In this document: positions 59,211-63,502 of the stretch, in pieces
Layout: each line of letters begins with the position of its first letter
Position numbering within the stretch: position 1 is the first letter of the stretch
Source of the DNA: an uncultured virus (IMG/VR IMGVR_UViG_3300028591_000116)
Taxonomy: Duplodnaviria; Heunggongvirae; Uroviricota; Caudoviricetes
Strand: one strand, 5' to 3'
DNA length: 63,502 bases
IMG/VR virus record: IMGVR_UViG_3300028591_000116
The notes under the pieces: model-generated
The model's input: the letters and a program-made list of their open reading frames with translations, nothing else
Database searches by the model: none
Told to the model about the DNA's origin: nothing
Program-made: the position numbers and the translations under genes

Positions 59211-59298
59211 TTTAACTATTCTTCTTTGTTCTTTTTCTTAACAGGAATCAATAATCCAATTAATATTCCTATTAATATGCAAACCAGTATGTCCATTT

Positions 59299-59556
59299 TT
59301 AATTACTTACTCCATATATCAACTCTTCTGGTTTATTTTCTTCACATATCTTAGTCATAACGTCTGTCTCTGGAAGCTTTTGTGTCGCTGCTATATAAGC
59401 TAATGCTCCAAAAGTATCATCGTATTTATTATTACCATTTCTACGATTCATCTCTATCAACGTTTCTCTCAACTCTTTATCATTATGTGAAGTTCTTATA
59501 CCAAACTCGTGTTTTTCTCGCATAAATTTCTTTCCTCTATTGCTTTTCTTATCCAA
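59299..59556 (-). CDS. Hypothetical protein (true start probably MREKHEF)
   Basis: GAGG RBS before the internal Met. Confidence 0.6.
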   Translation of the reverse strand: MDKKSNRGKKFMREKHEFGIRTSHNDKELRETLIEMNRRNGNNKYDDTFGALAYIAATQKLPETDVMTKICEENKPEELIYGVSN

Positions 59557-59825
59557 TAGTATCTGTCTGGGATAAATATTCTTCTTAGAATCTTATCTCG
59601 GTTTTTAATCGACAAATAAACAATTGAATAAACTAAATAATAGATAATTTGATCGAATATATTTCTTTCAACCTTAAAGTAATATCCGGTTTCAAGTTTA
59701 CTTGGTTTAAAATCTAAACTTGCCCGGCTAAATAATCCCTTATGACATCTAATAGATTCAAACTTATCTTTATCGTTTAGTTTAGGGATACATCCTATTG
59801 GCATTAGTATTTCAGTTTCCATCAA
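59496..59825 (-). CDS. Hypothetical protein
   Basis: AGGAG RBS; part of a compact minus-strand operon. Confidence 0.6.
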   Translation of the reverse strand: MMETEILMPIGCIPKLNDKDKFESIRCHKGLFSRASLDFKPSKLETGYYFKVERNIFDQIIYYLVYSIVYLSIKNRDKILRRIFIPDRYYWIRKAIEERNLCEKNTSLV

Positions 59826-59992
59826 TAATTATCTCCTAAAGCTCGCCAATCATCATCTGTGAAATTAGCATACATTTCTTCAGTCTTCTTTCTAGCAGCT
59901 TCTTTTTCTTCCTCAGACATCGTAGGTTCAATAAATTCGCTCATTAGACTAAAATCTGGCTCAGCATAGGTGTTCATTTCTAAAGTATTCAT
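59822..59992 (-). CDS. Small acidic protein (56 aa, MNTLEMNTYAEPDF...)
   Basis: AGGAG RBS; fills the gap in the operon. Confidence 0.6.
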   Translation of the reverse strand: MNTLEMNTYAEPDFSLMSEFIEPTMSEEEKEAARKKTEEMYANFTDDDWRALGDNY

Positions 59993-60013
59993 TTTAAATG
60001 CACTCTCCTTTAA

Positions 60014-60298
60014 TTACACGGCTTTGATACAATTAGCAGCAATATAGATAAAGTATATAACTCCTGCTACAATTATTTCAATGCCAAAAATACCGATGGA
60101 AACTTCAAGTATTTTATTTGAAAAGAACAGCACAACATCATTTATATTATCCATATGCCATAAAACATTATCAAAAATGCTATCTTTATAATATTTATTG
60201 CGTAATGCTAAATCTATTAATCCACTAAATAGATATAATAGCAATGAAACACCTGCTATTATGAATATTATAATATTGATTTTAACAATAATAATCAT
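60014..60298 (-). CDS. Two-TM membrane protein
   Basis: Two hydrophobic segments; 4-nt overlap. Confidence 0.6.
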   Translation of the reverse strand: MIIIVKINIIIFIIAGVSLLLYLFSGLIDLALRNKYYKDSIFDNVLWHMDNINDVVLFFSNKILEVSIGIFGIEIIVAGVIYFIYIAANCIKAV

Positions 60299-60675
60299 AA
60301 TGACACTTCCTTCTCTTTAAGCGAAGATAGAGATGCAGATTTATAAGGTTCAATAACGAAATATTCAGAGCCAACACCTTTAACATATATGTTTTTCAAT
60401 ATTCGTAAAGTTCTATTTTCGAAATTAGCTCTAGCTTGCTTATCCATCTGCTGGTATTCTTTTGAAGTAATAAATTCTTTTAATTTTTGTGCATATTCAA
60501 TCATTGAATCTAAAGTTCCAACTTTAGCATTATACACATTAAGAACACTTCCTAAATCATGTAGCTTCGTCAATAAATCGATGTCTTTTACTGAATCTAG
60601 ATGATATTGACAAGCTAATTGCTGTGCAAATCTAGAATCTTCCAATGTGCACTGAATCTTCTCTGTTTCTTCCAT
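60295..60675 (-). CDS. Hypothetical protein
   Basis: AGGAG RBS. Confidence 0.7.
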   Translation of the reverse strand: MEETEKIQCTLEDSRFAQQLACQYHLDSVKDIDLLTKLHDLGSVLNVYNAKVGTLDSMIEYAQKLKEFITSKEYQQMDKQARANFENRTLRILKNIYVKGVGSEYFVIEPYKSASLSSLKEKEVSL

Positions 60676-61020
60676 TTATTTCTCCTTAACCCATTCTTTA
60701 AATCTTTTAAAACAATCGTCACAAAGATCAAAAACTTCACCGTCAAAATCTTTATACGAGGACCTAGCCTTAAATATAATCTCATCCGCAAATTTTGCGT
60801 CATCTGAATTTATCGGAGGACGACCTGCTCCTAGATATGGTCCATAATCTCTTACATAATCTCGATGGACAAGCTGTGTTCTAGATGAAATGCTTCCTAT
60901 ACCCAAGAATCCTATTAATGGTCTTTTTTCATACCCACTATCAGAAATTTCTTTACCACACTTATCACAATATATAACAGGACATTCTTTTTTCTCATAA
61001 TGAGTTCTACTCTTTATCAT
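60676..61020 (-). CDS. Zn-ribbon hypothetical protein
   Basis: CDKCGKEI ... DLCDDC pairs; AGGAG RBS. Confidence 0.7.
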   Translation of the reverse strand: MIKSRTHYEKKECPVIYCDKCGKEISDSGYEKRPLIGFLGIGSISSRTQLVHRDYVRDYGPYLGAGRPPINSDDAKFADEIIFKARSSYKDFDGEVFDLCDDCFKRFKEWVKEK

Positions 61021-61486
61021 TTTTAACTCCTTTTTTCATTTTTTTGTTTTTACTCCCATAAATATACTTGTTTTCAAGACGGTGTTTTGTAAATATTACT
61101 GTCCTATCAGACGGTTTATTGATATTATGATGGAATATTTTAACGTCTTCACCAGACGATTTACAAATACAACAATATTCAATTGGCCCCATGTTATAAG
61201 GAAGAGTCCATCTGTTGCATTTCTTACAAAACAAAGTTATCATTTCATAAGGTTGGAAATCTGAATTACGATATTTTACAGCGTTTCCACAATAACTAAA
61301 TCTAAGACGTCTATTTAGTTTATGCTCACCATGTTTTATTTTAGAAGTTTTAGTAGCATGATTTATATGAGTAATTATTGCTCTAGTACAATAAGCATCT
61401 TGTTGTATTTCTACATTTTTAGATTCGAGATCATTTAGAGAAATACCGTGTGTTTCTAATAATTTACCTAACGCTTTTGTTGTCAT
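61007..61486 (-). CDS. Hypothetical protein with CxxC pairs
   Basis: CKKC...CCIC; GAGG RBS. Confidence 0.65.
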   Translation of the reverse strand: MTTKALGKLLETHGISLNDLESKNVEIQQDAYCTRAIITHINHATKTSKIKHGEHKLNRRLRFSYCGNAVKYRNSDFQPYEMITLFCKKCNRWTLPYNMGPIEYCCICKSSGEDVKIFHHNINKPSDRTVIFTKHRLENKYIYGSKNKKMKKGVKNDKE

Positions 61487-61580
61487 ATATTACCTCACTT
61501 ATTAGTTAAATAATATATAAAGAAAAAAGAAGCCGACACCGAGGCCTGTTTCTTATATATTCTTCATTAAATAAATTATA

Positions 61581-61835
61581 CCACTACAACCACTAGTACA
61601 TGCTGAAGTGCATACGCCAGAGCAACCGATAGTACAACCAATATGACAATACTCCCAAGCACATCCCGGTGTACAACTAGGATCGCAAGAAGCAGAACAT
61701 GAGTTCGCGCCAGAACAATGTCCAGTACATGCTATACGATAATGACACGCCGACGAACAACTATGACCACAATATCCAGGCCAATCGCGATCCTCACCTG
61801 AGCTAGTAGTACAAACTGACGCTACACAACTTCCT
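61581..61835 (-). other. Cys-rich cassette 9 (GSCVASVCTTSSGEDRDWPGYC...CTSGCSG)
   Basis: Both anchors; 255 bp, stop-free; directly after a terminator U tract; absent from the ORF track. Confidence 0.85.
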
Positions 61836-61846
61836 AATAAAAGAAA

Positions 61847-61872
61847 AAGAGGAGCTCAAAAGAGCTCCTCTT
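61847..61872 (-). terminator. Intrinsic terminator of the large Cys-rich gene
   Basis: AAGAGGAGCTC-aaaa-GAGCTCCTCTT with an A-tract on its left. Confidence 0.75.
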
Positions 61873-61909
61873 ATAATCATAAAGATTCGTCAAAAATGTG
61901 TTCTAGACC

Positions 61910-63502
61910 TTACTGGTTAGTCTCGTATGTAGTAGAATCATTATCAGTAGAGCTATTAATTATAGCGTTGCCAGCTTTATACAAAACACCAGCGTCTCTA
62001 TATGAAGCGAATGCACTCCACGTACCACCATATCCAGCAATACTTACAGGAGCACGAGTAAACTCGCCTTCATTATCTTTAATGTAATATTCATTACTTT
62101 CAACGAAGGTTTCTCCAGCAGCTACCTTAATCAAAGCTTTACCGTCCATAGCTACAACCATATTACCAGTACTTTCATGGAATGTATCAGGAGCACGAAC
62201 ACGGCCAGAATCAGCAGGAATAGCGTCGGTACTAGTTACACTACTAGTTCCTCCGCTCGTTACCATAGCACGTTCTTTATATTCACGTTTAAGCATATAC
62301 AAAGTAATATTACGAACAGTACCCTTACCTCTAGAACCAAGAGCCGCATAGAAAGCATCAGCCTTAGTAGCAGTAGGATCGTTTTCATAATTATACTCGG
62401 TATAAATATATGGATCGCCATCGACACCAGAACCCGAACGAGTATAATAGGTTATGCCTTCATCATACTCAAAATCTTCAGGAACAGGAACATATTCATT
62501 CTTATTCAAGATAGATTCTTTACCGAATTCAAATGCCTTAGGAGTTTTGACTATAGTACCACTACCGTCAAACTCACCATTATATTTACGCTCATGATTT
62601 TCAGACGTATAAGGAGCATCATTCAATGCGCCAGGTGTAGTAGCGAAATCGTTATCATATGGAGTATTAGGGAATGAAGGATCATATCCATCTTTTCCTT
62701 CAGCTTTAGGACCATAATCGTCGGTACCTCGTTCAAATTTTTCACCAAGTGTATGAGGAGGTTCAGCTTTAGGATTAAGATCAAATACCTTATCCTTAAA
62801 AGTAGCAGCTTTAGTAGTCATACCTTTACAACCACTTTCACAACCAAACTTACAAGCGCTTACACAAGTATCATTACAGTTATTTATGCATGATGTACCA
62901 CATGCATCATAACATGTATTACTACATCCTACAGAACAAGTCCAAGCACAACCATCATTCTTACAAGAACCTAAACAAGAAGTTTGGCACTTATTCTTAC
63001 AAGCTTCAGATGAACACTCAGAATAACAAGAATTATCACAGGTGCCAACACAAGCGCTTCCGCAACCGAACTTACAAGCAGTATCAATACACTCAGTAGA
63101 ACATGTATTAGCACATTTAGCTTCAGTACAGCTACCGCCACAAGAAACGTTAGAACAGTCAGCAGCATTTCCACAGGCTCCGCTACACTCGGTTGAACAA
63201 CCGTTTGAGCTACACGTATTTATACAACCGGCATCAACACATGTGCTTCGGCAAGTAGTCTTACAAGAATCACCGGTACAGTTAGCAGAACAAGAAGATC
63301 CACAAGAGGCGTTCTTACAAGATGTATTACATCCAGTAGAACAAAGTGATGATCCAGAACCACTAGAACAGCCTCCAGAACAAGAAGCAGAACCACTAGT
63401 ACCGGAAGAACAAGCTCCCGAACAGCCTCCACCACATGCACCAGACGATCCGGAACCACTACAACCACCAGGACCATAACTTCCACCTCCACCTGTTTCA
63501 TA
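61910..63502 (-). CDS. Large Cys-rich (CxxxC-repeat) protein, 5'-truncated by window; candidate expression locus of the cassettes
   Basis: Frame open from 63502 (YETGGGGSYGPGGCSGSGSSGACGGGC...CKFGCESGCKG) continuous with the 303-aa ORF at 62821; contains GGTGGTTGTAGTGGT in frame at 63469-63455. Confidence 0.8.
   Translation of the reverse strand, partial: YETGGGGSYGPGGCSGSGSSGACGGGCSGACSSGTSGSASCSGGCSSGSGSSLCSTGCNTSCKNASCGSSCSANCTGDSCKTTCRSTCVDAGCINTCSSNGCSTECSGACGNAADCSNVSCGGSCTEAKCANTCSTECIDTACKFGCGSACVGTCDNSCYSECSSEACKNKCQTSCLGSCKNDGCAWTCSVGCSNTCYDACGTSCINNCNDTCVSACKFGCESGCKGMTTKAATFKDKVFDLNPKAEPPHTLGEKFERGTDDYGPKAEGKDGYDPSFPNTPYDNDFATTPGALNDAPYTSENHERKYNGEFDGSGTIVKTPKAFEFGKESILNKNEYVPVPEDFEYDEGITYYTRSGSGVDGDPYIYTEYNYENDPTATKADAFYAALGSRGKGTVRNITLYMLKREYKERAMVTSGGTSSVTSTDAIPADSGRVRAPDTFHESTGNMVVAMDGKALIKVAAGETFVESNEYYIKDNEGEFTRAPVSIAGYGGTWSAFASYRDAGVLYKAGNAIINSSTDNDSTTYETNQ

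Noticed and set aside
1756..61835. Cassette left ends resemble spliceosomal 3' splice sites (pyrimidine tract + YAG)
   Set aside because: The genome is prokaryotic-viral (Shine-Dalgarno sites, intrinsic terminators). The T-rich tracts are terminator tails or AT-rich spacers, and right ends lack a consistent GT donor.
1756..61835. CRISPR array or integron cassette array
   Set aside because: Anchors are only ~10 bp, differ left versus right, and are dispersed over 60 kb on both strands. No tandem repeat-spacer layout, attC-like palindromes, cas or intI genes seen.
63476..63484. GGAAGTTAT as the left anchor inside the expression locus
   Set aside because: It lacks the preceding A and the TGT codon and is only a few codons from the right anchor; the real left anchor is predicted outside the window.
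62890..63501. ORFs 62890-63099(+), 63042-63479(+), 62971-63174(-), 63220-63501(-)
   Set aside because: Antisense or alternate-frame shadows of the Cys-rich repeat gene.
1..63502. Stop-codon reassignment; tRNA or rRNA genes
   Set aside because: Long genes are uninterrupted in the standard code and TAG/TGA are used as real stops. No cloverleaf or rRNA-like sequence recognised by eye; tRNAscan was not run.

Overview
AT-rich segment of a jumbo myovirus genome, probably AR9/PBS1/phiKZ-like, read with the standard genetic code. It encodes the C-terminal part of the terminase large subunit, tail sheath and tube, a 2519-aa tape-measure-like protein ending in an M15 peptidase, baseplate/fibre-like proteins, an SF4 helicase, a DnaG-type primase, CYTH and HD enzymes and many small hypothetical genes. 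The standout signal is nine dispersed Cys-rich (CxxxC-periodic) coding cassettes of 185-354 bp in intergenic gaps on both strands, none with a convincing RBS plus start codon. Each begins with AGGAAG(T/C)TGT (Gly-Ser-Cys) and ends with GTTGTAGTGG (Gly-Cys-Ser-Gly), with highly variable interiors. The same right-hand anchor lies in frame inside a large Cys-rich gene that runs off the right edge of the window. This looks like a silent-cassette/expression-locus diversification system (pilS/pilE- or vls-like) in a phage. Supporting signs are an exact 156-bp segment shared by two cassettes, an apparent empty-site paralog, and a structured non-coding region carrying both anchor motifs. All product calls come from motif recognition by eye; no database searches were run.
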